The notes: generated from the letters alone by a model not told the origin. Positions 50,401 to 62,900 are shown, counted from the first letter of the stretch. The stretch is 64,000 nt of DNA from Lama glama (GCA_028534125.1 CM052818.1:37698001-37762000), one strand, 5' to 3'. Made by a program: numbers and translations.

Positions 50401-53400
50401 GCTCTGCCTCTTTTTCACTCAGGCACGGGAGCCGTTCCCCCGTCTTTTGCAGCCTTCTTTTCTGAGGGGAAACTCAGAAGAGTAATGGTTAAGGGATGAA
50501 CTAGAGGCCCTGCTGCTGCAGATGATCTTAGGCTGTAGCTGATCCTCCACCGTCCATTCTAAATTCCCCTCACCCTCAGCTGCCCACCTCTACCAGCAGG
50601 TCTGGGTGCCCACCTGGGGGCGTGATCCAAACCTTCATTCCCGAAGGGCCTGACACTTTGATAGTCCTTCTCCTTTCAGTTCTGGCTGGCTGCACATAAC
50701 CCTGCACGGTTTAACGGAGCAAAGAAGTACCAGGAGGTGCCCAAGTCCCACAGGTACTTCTGGGTTCACAGATATTTCTCCTTGCTCCCACGTTGCATAA
50801 AAAGAGCCTTATCTCATCCTGCTGCTCAAGGTCAATGACTGCTGTGAATACAGTGACCCTCTTTCAGCCTGCCTTTCCCAGGAACAAGGGGTCCGAAGTG
50901 CCCTGGAAACGGGTGTAACTTTTGGTTCAGTAGGATTCCTATCTGTGTCCCTTAGCAAGAGTGTATCCCTTTGGGTACACTTCAACCATGGGGAGCCTGG
51001 GGTTAAAGGGATAAAGTTATAAGGCCCCCAAGGGAATCACTGGGAATGATGGTAAAGCAGAGCCACCCATGCCTCCACCCCTCGGTTTCTGAACACACAT
51101 GCTCTTCCTGCTGGGGACAGAGCACCTTACAGAGAGATCTTTGTTTTAATAAATGCACTGTCTTATGAAGAGCGGCACCCACTCCCTTCAGAGTGTTTGC
51201 TGAGTTGGCATTTCCGGTGTGCTTTTAGGAGGTCACTGCAGTGTTCTGTGCGGCCAGAAGCCTCTTGATGGCATAGTATCTGATACAGCCCATGACTCAC
51301 GTAGACAGGGGCCGTATCTTCTTTTCCTCCTGCACTTTCTTCACGTCACCTCAGTCCCCTGATCTGAAGTCACGCCTGTGCGTCAGATGTGTTGTGATCC
51401 CCCAGATAGTGGCACTGGCTTGGATGTTTTGGCAGGAAAAGAAAACCCATATCCAGGGTGTATCTATTATCCATATGAGTCTTTTTAGAATGAAAAGGAT
51501 GCAGTGTAATCAAATGGCCACCAAGCAGACAGTTGGTATCCTCAAGGGACAGTGCCATACTGGGCATTCAGTGCTGGTCTCTGATGCTGATAAGTTAGAC
51601 ATTCTGAGGTATCAATAGATCTGCCTGTGCTGTGGGCCTGTTTATAGCCTCTGGCTTGGTCATCGTGACCACTCTGTTTATGTGCCCATCGTGCCAGTGG
51701 TGGGGTGGATGATGACAAGATCTGGCTAAAGATACTGGCTTGGTCACATTGTCCACTTGATTGGTTTTTGGTTTTGGTTTTGGTTTTTGTTTGATGATTT
51801 GTTCATTTATATTTATTAATTTGCTCTTGGCAGCTCCCCCTTTTTTTTAAATTAAAATACAGTCAATCTACAATGTTGTTAGTGTCTGGTGTATAACATG
51901 GTGATTCAGTTATGCGCACACACACACACACATATATATTCTTTTTCATTATAGGTTGTTACAAGGTATTGAAAATAGTTCCCTGTGCTGCACAGAAGGA
52001 CCTCATCGTCTATCCATTGTATATATAGCAGTATCTGCAAATCCCGAACTCCTAGTTTAGCCTCCCTCCACCTTTCCCTGCCTGGCTGTTCAGCGTCTCT
52101 CCTGCGGTGCACGCTTTCCCACGGGGAGAACATGAACGCCAAAGCCACATGTTGTGCCCACTTCCGTATGACCTACCCATGTCTTTATCTGGAGGATGAC
52201 TCCAGTCTTCTAGTTCTTTTCATCCTGGGCCCTTGACACAGCACCTTAGGCCATTTCTTCTTCCAAAAAGAATAGGCAAGTAGACTAGCTGCTTGTGGCT
52301 TCGCCCATTTTGAGAGTTACCACTCTCAGCCACCTTTCAGGGCCACCATGAATGTGGGTCTGCAGCCCCCGCACATGTTCCATTTGCTCCCACACACCAA
52401 GCTGAGCTATCCGTAAATCGAGGCCATCTGCTTCCCTCCACCCTTCACTGACTGCACAGGAACCTCCATTGGCCACAGGCACAGGCGGACGGGGGGCGCT
52501 GGTGCAGCGCTGCAGGTGCGTGGTGTCTGGCCTGTGTGTTCTCAGGAGTAGTTTGTTCTCTCCGGTGCTGCTCCAGTTCATCCCCAGATGTGGGCGCCCT
52601 TTATCTCTCTGATCTCATGACCTGGTGAACCCAACAGAACCCAGTTCACAGTGGGAAATGCCAAAGGCATTGTCATTTTGTGTCCGATACTCAGGCGCTC
52701 CAACTCTAACAGGACTCAGTATGACGTCAAAAGATGTGCATTTCTTACAGAGTTTTAATCTCTGTGGTCGAAGCCAAGGGCCTGCTTTGAGACACTCGCA
52801 CTAGAACTTGTCACGAGCTCCATGGTGCATCCTTTCTCACCACTGACACTCCCAATGCCACCGTGTTTGCTAGATTGTGTGACCCAAGTGGCTGCACTGC
52901 TGGCAGCATGGCCCGGACCTGCTCCAGCATCCTTTCCTGCTCCAGGAAGCCTTCCTTACAGTCTTCATGTTTCCCGGTAATTATTCTTAGGTGTGGCTGT
53001 GTTGCATGTCGACCCAAAGGGGTCTGTCGGGCACTGTGGTTCCTTCTTTGTGGTGGCAAATGCGAGAGGCAACAATTTGTCTTTTACTTTTGGAAGGTAT
53101 ATCATGCCACCCTTCTGATGCTAGAACCCCCCACATTTCTCTGAATCTTTGTAGGGTATGTTTTCCCTGTTCTGGGCTGCACATCTCACCAAGGCCTGCA
53201 GCGCACTAGCCATTCCTTCCTCGTCTTGCCGACTCAGCATGCTGTCATGGGTGTGATGGGGCAGCGTGATGTGGAGATGTCCAGGTGGTCCGGATCTCTC
53301 AGGACTTCCTTATGACAGAAGGCAGGAGGCTTAACAGAGTCCTGAGGCCTAATTGGAAATAAATATTTTTGTCTGTCCCACATGAATGCAGACTGTTTCT

Positions 53401-53640
53401 GATCTTGTTTTCTAATTTGAACAGAAAAGAGCACATTTGCCAAATCAGAGGCTGCACACCATGTACCCGAGGCCTTATTAACCTGTTACAGTAACACCAC
53501 CTAGAGCACGGCAGCTGCCCCCAGGCCTGCCACGCAAGCCCGTCACAGAATGCGCTGGTTCTTCAGGACCCATCCAGCTTCTTGAGGTGTCAGATATTTG
53601 AATTAAATCAAGATATGAGGAAGCCCACCATGCTTGAGTC
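50401..53640 (-). mobile_element. Decayed class III ERV internal region (HERV16/ERV3-16A3/ERVL-like pol: RT, RNase H, integrase)
   Basis: Minus-strand peptides: S*FNSNI*HLKKLDGS* (about 53560-53615; cf. SPFNSPVWPVKKPDGSW). ANVLFSVQIRKQDQKQSAFMWDRQKYLFPIRPQDSVKPPAFCHKEVLRDPDHLDI (ORF 53234-53443; cf. DLANAFFSIP...FAFTW...LPQGY.NSPALCH). EQERMLEQVRAMLPAVQPLGSHNLANTVALGVSV...DAPWS (52811-53059) and an integrase-like segment at about 51370-51570. The catalytic YIDD is decayed. Confidence 0.88.
51841..52085 (-). mobile_element. Artiodactyl/camelid-type L1 3' end inserted in the ERV
   Basis: Poly(T), then ATACAGTCAATCTACAATGTTG...GTGATTCAGTTAT...AATAGTTCCCTGTGCTG...GTATCTGCAAATCCCGAACTCC. Confidence 0.88.
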
Positions 53641-53692
53641 TTTCAGGTATTTAAAGGTCAAACTGACCTCTACCAACCCCTCCAGAATGAAA

Positions 53693-54773
53693 TTTTTTTT
53701 TAAAATAACATTCGTGTGAAATTCAGCAAACATAAAATTGTTTAAAAATGAACAACTAAGTGGCATCTGGTACAACGTTGTACTAAATGTTACAATGCTG
53801 GGCAAACATTACCTCTATTTAGCTTTAAAGCATTTCCATCACTCCAAAGTTAAACGCTACACACATTAAGCAATTTCTCCTGATTTTCTGCTCTCTCCAG
53901 TTTCTGGCAATGAATAAACTATGTTCCTTCTCTATAGATTTAGCTACAATGGGTATTTCGTGGAAATAGAATTATGCAGTACGTGACTTTGTGTATTGGA
54001 GGTCCATCCATGTAGTAGCACATATCAGTACTCATTTATTTTTTATGGTTGAATAATATTCCATTTTATGATTATAGCAGATTTTCTTTATCTGTTCCTT
54101 CACGGATGGACACTGGGACTTTTTCTACCTTTTGGCTCTTGTGACTGGCGCTGCTGTGAACATGCATATCCGTGTATTTGTCTGAGTTCCTATTTTCAGT
54201 TCTTTTGTCTATATTTTTGTCTATAATTCTACGTAGGAGTAGAATTGTGAGGTCATGTGGTAATTCTATCTTTAACTTTCTAAGGAACTGACAAACTTCC
54301 ACAGTAGCCAAACCGTTTTATTTTCTTATCAGCAATGCACAAGGGTTTCGTTTTCTCCCCTTCCATATTATTTTCCTTTTCTTATTTTAGCCATCCTAGT
54401 GGGGATGAAATGGTATCTCATTATAGCTTTGATTTGCATCCCTTAATGACTAGTGATGTTGCGCATCTTTTCATGTGCTTATTGAGTGTCCGAATATCTT
54501 CTTTGGACAAATATCAGTTCTAGTCCTTAACCCATTTTTTAAATTTAATAATCTTTTTGTTTTTGAGTTGTAAGCATTCTTTACATATTCTGGATACTAG
54601 ACCTTAATCAGATATACGCTTTGCCAGTATTTTATCCTATTTTGTAAATTGTCCTTTCACTTTCTGGATGTTTTTTGATGCACATACATTTTATTTTAAT
54701 GAGGTCTAATTTATCTATTTCTTTGGGGGGTTTTTGTTGTTGTTGTTGTTCATGCTTTTAGTGTCATAGCTAA
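53693..54773 (-). mobile_element. L1MB (MB1/2-like) 3' end
   Basis: CATTACCTCTATTTAGCTTTAAAGCATTTCCATCACTCCAAAG, GCTGCTGTGAACATGC, TAGCTTTGATTTGCATCCCTTAATGACTAGTGATGTTGCGCATCTTTTCATGTGC. Confidence 0.9.
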
Positions 54774-54939
54774 CCAGGTCATTATTACTTTTCTGTTAAC
54801 TTTAACACTCAACATAATGATTCAACATGGTAACAAGCCTGTCATGTTTCTCCCAACTTACTTAAAAATTAAGTTCAGTTCTGTCATACAATGGCATGGG
54901 CTCACTCTAATGATCATTACAACTTTTGAATGGCCTTTG

Positions 54940-55187
54940 TTTTATTTTTTTTATTGAAGAATAGTCAGTTCCAATGTGTCAATTTCCAGTACACAGCATA
55001 ATGTCCCAGGCATGCATATATGTCTATATACACATATATTAATTTTCATTAAAGGTTATTATGAGATATCGAAAATAGTTTCCTGTGCTATACAGAAGAA
55101 ATTTGTTTTTTATCTATTATTATATAAAGTGGTTATTATTTGCAGATCTCAAACTCCCAAATTTATCCCTAGCTTCCTCCTTCCCCC
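54940..55187 (-). mobile_element. Camelid-type L1 3' end, 5'-truncated, with TSD
   Basis: TTATTGAAGAATAGTCAGTTCCAATGTGTCAATTTCC...CTATACAGAAGAAATTTGTTTTTTATCTATT...GCAGATCTCAAACTCCCAAATTTATCCCT. TSD AATGGCCTTT (54929-54938) / AATGTCCTTT (55188-55197). Confidence 0.88.
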
Positions 55188-55339
55188 AATGTCCTTTAAA
55201 TCACCTGTTTATTCTTTAATATTAAAAGTGAGATGAGTAGATTGGCTCATCCAGATATATTCCTGAGTATGAGAGTTTTTCAAAGGGATAATTGCAAATT
55301 TCCAAGTTGTCTTATTTACTAAAATTTTTAATCTTGGGG

Positions 55340-55900
55340 CCAGTAATAGATCTAAGGTCTCACGTTCCAACTTCGGTCACTGCAGAATTAATTCCCTGTG
55401 ACTCTTCACAGATGAATCGTCCACTTAAATTCTCCCAGAGATGAAGCAAACAGTGCTTCAGTCACACAATGTGGTTGGACAGCAATAATTGTTACAAAAC
55501 TTTTCTTTAAATGAGATAAAAACCTAACATATTGCAACTTTATCCCCTTTGACCTAATTTTATTATGTAAAGCTACACAGTATAAAACAGTGCTTTTTTT
55601 TTTTTTCCTTCATAGTGGTGCCTCAGATGTGTAAAACTATACAGTGGCTTTCCTATGTATTCAAGCTAAATAGTTCTCACTTCTAATTTGAATTCTAGAT
55701 ATTTCATCCTCCAGATCACCCTCCTCTAACAAAATTTTACTTTGTCAGTGTTCTTAAAACGTAGGAGTCAGAATAAGACAAAATGCTCAACTGTGATCAA
55801 AGCCAAGAGAAGTAATTATCTGTACATCTTGATTTTATTCATGAAACTCTAGTTGCTGGCTTTATTAGCAAGCTTCATTTAAATCAGGTCCCTTTCATCA
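55340..55900 (-). mobile_element. L3/CR1 LINE relic
   Basis: TTGGACAGCAATAATTGTTACAAAACTTTTCTTTAAATGAG and TTCTTAAAACGTAGGAGTCAGAATAAGACAAAATGCTCAACTGTGATC resemble the antisense L3 3' region. Confidence 0.5.
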
Positions 55901-56245
55901 ACTGTTATTTGTTTTTGCCGAAGTGAAAATACTGACCCCTAAGGAGAGCTCCAAATCTTTGCACGTAAATCAAGGTGATAGTCTCCCATTATGAGGTCTA
56001 TTATCAGGGATTCCGAGGCCACCCAGGAAAACTCACAATCCCTTATAAGGGAAATGTATTACCTTAACATCAGTCTGCATAAAGCATCTTGTATCTTTTC
56101 CCGAAATGGATACGATTCACTTGTCAACTTGTAATTTGTTCTTTTAAAATACATTGGCTTATGCCCACTCTGCATCTAACCAAAATAATAAATTGTCACT
56201 ACTCATATCCTGGTATTTTATTTCCACCTAGACTTTGTAGTACAT

Positions 56246-56248
<3 letters not shown>

Positions 56249-56290
<42 letters not shown>
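56249..56290. repeat. (GT)n microsatellite
   Basis: 18 pure GT units at 56249-56284. Confidence 0.97.
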
Positions 56291-56448
56291 TGGAGTGACA
56301 GAATGTGTCTATGTGAATATAATTTCTCTGTGTAGTTTACAAACTGCTATAAAATGAGACTACATGGAGTTTCATCCAAATATGCATCAAAAGCTCAATT
56401 TTTTGGTTTCTATCAAATTATATTTCTTTTAACAACTAAGTGGTTGTA

Positions 56449-57230
56449 TTTTTTTTTCTATTTTTTCCCCTATGGTAAAATACACAAACATAAAATTTCT
56501 CACCTTAACCACTTTTAAGTATAGTTCAGTGGTGTTAAATATGTTCTTGTATGTTACTATCACCACCATCCATCTCCGAAACTCATTTTATCTTGTAAAA
56601 TGGCAACTTTTTGTCCATTAAACAACAGCCCTGTTATTTTTTGCCCCTTTCCCCTCATCCCCCGGAAAACATCATTCTACTTTCTATCTCTGTTTGTGTG
56701 TGTATGTGTGTGTCTGTGTGTGTGACTGACTCATTTCACTCAGCATGATGTTCTCAAAGCTTGTCTATGTTGTACCATGTTGCCAAATGTTCTTCCTTTT
56801 CAAGGCTAAATAATATTCCATCATGGGTACATACCACATGTGCTTAGCCATTTCTCTATCAGTGAAAACTTGGGTTGCTCCCACATTTTAGCTATTATGA
56901 ATAATGCTGCTGTGAACATGGGTGTACAGATATCTTAGGGAGATTCTACTTTCAATTCTTTGGGGTAAATACCTAGAAATGGAATTGCTGGATCCTATGG
57001 TAATCTTACTTTTAATTTTTTGAGGAACCACCGTGCTGTTTTCCATAGTGGCTGCGCCATTTTACAATCCCACCAACACTACCCAATTTCCCCACATCTT
57101 CACCAGCACTTGTTATTTTCTAGATTTTTAGTAGCAGACATTGTGACGGGTGTGAGGCAGTATCTTATAGTTTCTGTTTGCATTTCCCTAATGATTAGTG
57201 GTGTAAGCAGTTTTTTTTTTATGCATATTT
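56449..57230 (-). mobile_element. L1MB3-like 3' end
   Basis: GGTAAAATACACAAACATAAAATTTCTCACCTTAACCACTTTTAAGT...CACCACCATCCATCTCC and GAATAATGCTGCTGTGAACATGGGTGTACA...GGAATTGCTGGATCCTATGG. Confidence 0.9.
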
Positions 57231-59399
57231 TGGATGAGACTTGAGGCAAAATGGATGTGATGTCTCTCCAAGACATAAATGATAGTGTTGTTGGAATGTG
57301 AACTCCTATTGCCGAAAAGAAATGTCAGGAGTCATTGTAATGATCTGCGGGCAGCTTTGGTGAATTAATGTCCCCAGAATTCTCAGATGCAGGAACAATT
57401 GTTTTCTGGTTGTTTGTCCTTATCTGCAAAAGATTTGAAGTTACTCAGTCCAATCTCTTGTGAGCATATTCAGAATGAATTAGCATTTGAGTAATGAATA
57501 TCATCATCAGTATAAAATAATAAAGAATAGAGAGAAAATCAGCTTAGGATTGTGTAAAGCTATTTTTTTTTTTTTGCACAGGTGTGATAAGAAGCTGGTG
57601 TTCTTCCTGTGTGATAGATCAAGGTGATAATGTGCCCCATTAGGACAATTTGTTTTATATTTCTTAAAATAGATATGACTGAGGAAATGACAGATGGAGG
57701 TCAGGAAAAAATTCATGAAGTCCTTCACCATATATTCATAAATCAATGACTTGGTCCCAGAGAGTTGGCTAAAAATATATTTCTCTTTCAGATGAAGGAG
57801 ATTAGGATGTGAAAAGAAGAATGTGTTGACTGAAATGACAGAGAACATCATCTCTGTCATTAACACTACAGTGAAGCATTACACAGAACACGAGGAAGGT
57901 GATTTTTTTCTCTTTCACCTGTACTTTTCCATTAACACACAGATATTTCTGTCTCTCTGTCACACACGCACACAAACACATATACACACGTACACATTTC
58001 TATTTTGTAGATCAAAGCATGTGAGTTTACAGTGAGAAAAATAATTGGCTTTGCCTAAATGTTTGGCTCCTGGGAAGGGGAATAGTTAAAGAAGAAATAC
58101 TTTAAATAAAAATGTACCAAGTAATTTCATAAGGGAAGAATTAGGAAAAATATCCAGAAGAGAATATGTAGAAAAAATACCAGTGCCTGAAAAAATAGAC
58201 TTTAGGTGTTTTTTTCATTCTAAGAAGCCAATACCAGAATCAGCTCCCAAAAGAGATCAGTGTGTGAAATGACAGTCTTGGGTTGAGAAGGCAGACTTTA
58301 AAGTTCAGTGTGAAATACTGATTTAAAAAAAAAATAATTCCTTTTGAAATATAACTGTAACCTTTTAAACTTATAATCAGGTACAACCTAAGCTATAATG
58401 AAGGTACGTAATGTGTCAGGAAACAAGAAGAAAGAGTTCAGATGGCAAGGCAGCACTGTGAATTTCTAGTGAGATCTGCATTCTTGCTTCTGTTTTTTTT
58501 ATTGCATTCCGTAAGCATCACAGGAAAAAAAAATCCTTTAAAGGAATACGTTCCACAGCTTATCACTCATGTCTGAGAAGACTCGTTTAATGCTTTTGTT
58601 GGCCACGATACTGAAAATAAGTCTTGATTGAAGCAAGCACAGTCATATACCGAGGTACACAAATCCACACGTTTGCTCGGTTTACTCTCCAGCCTTGCCG
58701 CCGGAATGCAAATGAGCTTTTCCAGGCCCAGTTTCAAGCTGTCAAGTGACAAACTGGGGAGGGGGCAAGAAAAAAAAGTCAATCGAATTAACCTAGCCCA
58801 GCAGTCTACAGATTAATTATGTTTTAAGAAACTGAAAACAATGTGTGTTTTCTTGGCAACTTGAAGAGATCAGTTCCTGAAATACTCCTTAATAGTATGT
58901 AAACAAATGGAGCCTAATTAATTGTAGAGAAGGCAGCCACCATACCTGGGAATGGTGAAGAGTGAGGATGTTTTCCTTTCAAATAAATGAATTGGGTCAG
59001 AAGACAGGAGTCCTTTTGCAGCTGCAGACAGGGCTTATGTATTACTTACAGGATGATGACAGACCGGCACTGTGACTTAAAATGCCAAGTAGGTATCTGT
59101 ACCCCTGCTGTTTCTATTGTGACTCCAGAATCCCAGGGATTCAAGGGTAGCTAAGAAGGCAGGTTGTGCTGTCATTTTATCCCGAGCATTTTGCGGACCT
59201 CTCAGGCTTGTACAGATGTCCTCATCATTGTTTTTGGTTCACTTGGATAGATTAAGCCCCATTTAGTACCCGATTATTATAGAGCCATTGATTCAGTAAA
59301 TCAAAAATATCAACATACATTATTTTGGTTCTCCATCCAACCCTGGCATAAATATTGGGAAATTAACTTGCTTATTAGCTGCTCATTGTTGAGTGAGAC

Positions 59400-60040
59400 T
59401 CCAAAGATGGTGTACAATGTGTTTATGATAAAAAGGAAGGAAGAGTTGAGTTATGAAGGGTTCACTGGAAGAGGCAGCTCTATGAAACTTCAAAAAAGGA
59501 CATACTAGCTTAAGGCAAAAATAGAAAGGCTGTCCTTTGGAAGATAAAGAGACTCTGAAAATAACAGATGCCTTTGAGGTTTACCTAGTATTTACAAGCA
59601 TCAAGACTTTTTTAGTAATTAAAAAAATACTTGAATATGAACAGAAGAAAGATCCAAGGAAAGCAAAATGACTTGGTATGGTTTGGAATGGCAGATGTTC
59701 ATCAACTGGCAGCAAGAACCAACTGGCAGCAAGAAGTTAAGGCAATTGGAAAGAGATGAAAATAAAAGAGGATAGGTTAATTTGTTTGACATGAAATGCA
59801 AGGAAGATAACTTCAGTTTTCACAATTTTAGATGAGATCTGTGATTGTGCAGAGATAAGGGGCAGGTTTTGTAGAGAAGCATTAAAGGGAAGATAACTTT
59901 CTGAAATTATTTTTATGAAATGAGAAATCAGAAGACAGGATTTGGCAATGCATTGGAAGTACAGGTGACTTTGAAGACATTTTTCTACTCTCAGCTGAAA
60001 GTTAAATAGATATGGTTATAGTACAGCTCAATATAAGATG
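59400..60040 (-). mobile_element. L2 relic
   Basis: Purine-rich segment with GAAGACAGGATTTGGCAATGCATTGGAAGT, similar to antisense L2. Boundaries uncertain. Confidence 0.4.
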
Positions 60041-60586
60041 TTGGCTAAAATTTGTGACAGAAAATAACAGAAAACAGATTATTAATTAGGATACTTGTTT
60101 TTGCCCAATCTTTTAAGTAGTTTACCATTTATTTTATTAAAACTGTATCTATTACCTTAAGTCCATGACTGATCAAGATTAAGCAAAATTGTATAGTGTG
60201 TTGCGTAAACTTATAATTAATTACCTAGCACTTCCATGGTTTCACTTTCTTAGTAATGTGCTTTATAACTGTGCAGTCCACATAGTTTCAAAAGAAATGT
60301 TTGAATGAATATGGTTGCCATGCAGAACTTACTATCTTGACTTTGGTTAACAGTCGTATTGCATTTAGTGAATGAGGGTCTTAACGCAGGTACTTTTTAT
60401 TCTTTTTTGTCAGACCCAACTTTTCACCCCTATCGTGTAATGAATAAACATATCAAAAAGAAAATTCACTGCAAAGTACATGCCCATTGAAGTTGTGTTG
60501 ATGAATACACAAAATGCACTAATTAAACAAGGTACAGATGTGAATAGTTCATTTATATATTATGCTGTATGTATATGTCTATGCAT

Positions 60587-60623
60587 ACACACACACAGAC
60601 ACACACACACACACACACACACA
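60587..60623. repeat. (CA)n microsatellite, one interruption
   Basis: Direct reading of the sequence. Confidence 0.95.
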
Positions 60624-61138
60624 AACATACGTTTAAATGTGAAGGCTGACATCCTAAAAATAATTCCGCTTCTCACAGTAAGCCGAGTTACAGTACTTTG
60701 TTAAGCAAAAGCATTAAATTATTCTCATCTTATGCACTGCCATCTGGCATACTTGTACTATTTTTTTTGTGAATCACAGGAAAAGCAATTCAAAACCAGA
60801 CATTAAATAGACTCGTAAGTAATTATCGACATATTAAGTAGTTTGAAGACAGGTTTGAACACATACATTCCGACAGGATTTTCTTAGGTTGATAGCCACA
60901 AGCTTTTTAAATGAGAAAAAAATATTTTATAATATTATTGTAAGATAATTTGGCAAACTTGGTAGGTACATCTGTTTGAGGAGTCTTAGAACATGCTGCA
61001 TTACAGAAGTCGTTCTGTGATTCAGACTCATCTCCTTTTCTTTGATACTTTTCCGTGTTTTATTAATGGGGAAGGAATCCTCATAATGAAGAAAGTGTCT
61101 TTACCCTGAAAACACCCAGATTTTGTTTTACCTTACAG

Positions 61139-61168
61139 ATCTCAGGATTCCACAGATTCAGAGGAATG
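61139..61168 (+). other. Candidate 30-nt micro-exon
   Basis: TTTTGTTTTACCTTACAG acceptor, then ATCTCAGGATTCCACAGATTCAGAGGAATG, then GTGGGT donor. No stop codon in any frame. Confidence 0.25.
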
Positions 61169-61424
61169 GTGGGTGGAGCTAATTTGCTTTATTTGTGGAC
61201 TAGGGTTCTTGTCAAAGGGGCCACTCAGACACCCTCCCATTAGCTTTTGTGAGAGCAAGAAAATGATGTCACGAGAAAACTGGTTTCTTTTTGCTATAGT
61301 TCTAGTCTTGAGAAATATGCCTTTATATTTACCCCAAACAGATGACCCTTCTAACGCTGCTACCCCGGATGAGTTTACTCCACGTGGAAGCCATTTGTAA
61401 TTCTAGTCATTCTAGCGTATGGGT

Positions 61425-61720
61425 CATTGACCCTCTTTAATGTGGTTCTTGGAACTGAACACCCGACTCCAAATATGGCCAGACCAAGTCAAAGTATAGC
61501 AGAATCTTCACTTTCAATTTTCCTAATAGACATATTACAATAATTCACAGACTGCATTTTCCTTACAGAGAGACATTGCAAACTGTTGCCAAAAACTGAT
61601 CTTGAGTCCTTAAGATCATGAATATTAATTAATTTGTTGTCTCCTCAGATATTTATTTCTAAGCATAGACATTTACATTAAACTCTACTAGATCCCATTC
61701 TATTGGCTGTTTCTAATTTT
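61425..61720 (-). mobile_element. L3/CR1 LINE relic
   Basis: CCCTCTTTAATGTGGTTCTTGGAACTGAACACCCGACTCCAAATATGGCCAGACCAAG matches the antisense L3 RT C-terminal region. Confidence 0.6.
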
Positions 61721-62737
61721 AACTATTAGAAAATCTTCCTTTAACATCCCTTAATCTTTTATGACCATAAAAATAAAACACCTTTTAGCAAAGAAAAAGT
61801 GTAAAAGGTAGGAAAAAATAAAATACATGTAATGCCTAGGGCATCACCATTGCAATTATACATGTAACAGTTATATATGCTGCTTTTTTCACCAAATTAC
61901 CTTATGGGTGTTTTATTGAATTATTTAATGTTTTTTTGAAATCTGATCTCTAGGAAGGACAAATAATATTTACAATATGAGTATATTATATTTAATTAAA
62001 CAGTAGGTGGTTATTAAGTTATATTTATCCATTTTTTTCTATTGCATACAATATTTCCTGCATTTCTCAATAACTATAGGATTCATTATCAGATATAGGA
62101 TTCTTGGATAAAAATGTATGAATATTTGAGGGCAACTTTGAGGCATATTTCCAAATTGAAATTTATTTTCAAGGTGATGTTTTACATCCCCCATAATATT
62201 CTTTGCATATATCCATATATAATCATATATATCTATGTATATAAAGCATATAAATGTATACATGCATCTGTGTTTGCATATGTATACACATCTATAAATC
62301 TTGAGAGCAAGAAAAGACAGAGAAACTGGGGAATTTGTGCTATGAATTATCATGACCTATCTTATGTCTGACTTAACTGTGGGGCTGAAACTGGTGTGTA
62401 AGGGTAAGTGGTGTATGGTGGCTTAGTCTAATCCAAAAATTTATACTTTGCTGTGTGTGATATAAAGGCACTATTGTGGACCTGACCTGTATTTTACTTT
62501 CCCTGCTTCTTTCACAAACATTTTTGTAACGAATGGAGCCAATGGGATTAACATTTTAGTAGGATATTACCATCATGTGAAAAGTTTCATGTGCAAATTC
62601 ATCCAGAGGTCACAATAAAAACTCCGGCCTTTAATGGAATATGGTTTAAATTGTTGCTATTATTTCCTGAGAAGACAAATACTCCACTGAGGCTTTCTCG
62701 TTAGTTGCAAAGGTTTATTCAGGGAAATCTATAATAC

Positions 62738-62900
62738 TAGCATTTATTGAATACTCTGGGTTAGGCACAGCGCTGGACACTATAGTTTATTTAGACTAAT
62801 AAAGAAATGTCCCTTTTTTTTCCTGAAGCTCTTACTCTCTAAAAGGATACTGAAAAGTTCATAGTGCTCTGCAGTAATAAAGATACCCATGAAGGTCTGT
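62738..62900 (-). mobile_element. L2 3' end fragment
   Basis: AGCATTTATTGAATACTCTGGGTTAGGCACAGCGCTGGACACT...TCCTGAAGCTCTTACTCTCTA. Confidence 0.6.

Noticed and set aside
51370..53443. Domesticated or intact retroviral pol gene
   Set aside because: Fragmented by stops, frameshifts and an L1 insertion, and the catalytic YIDD motif is degraded.
57781..57905. Possible coding exon after TTCTCTTTCAG
   Set aside because: Stops in all three frames shortly after the acceptor, and the donor (GTGATT) is weak.
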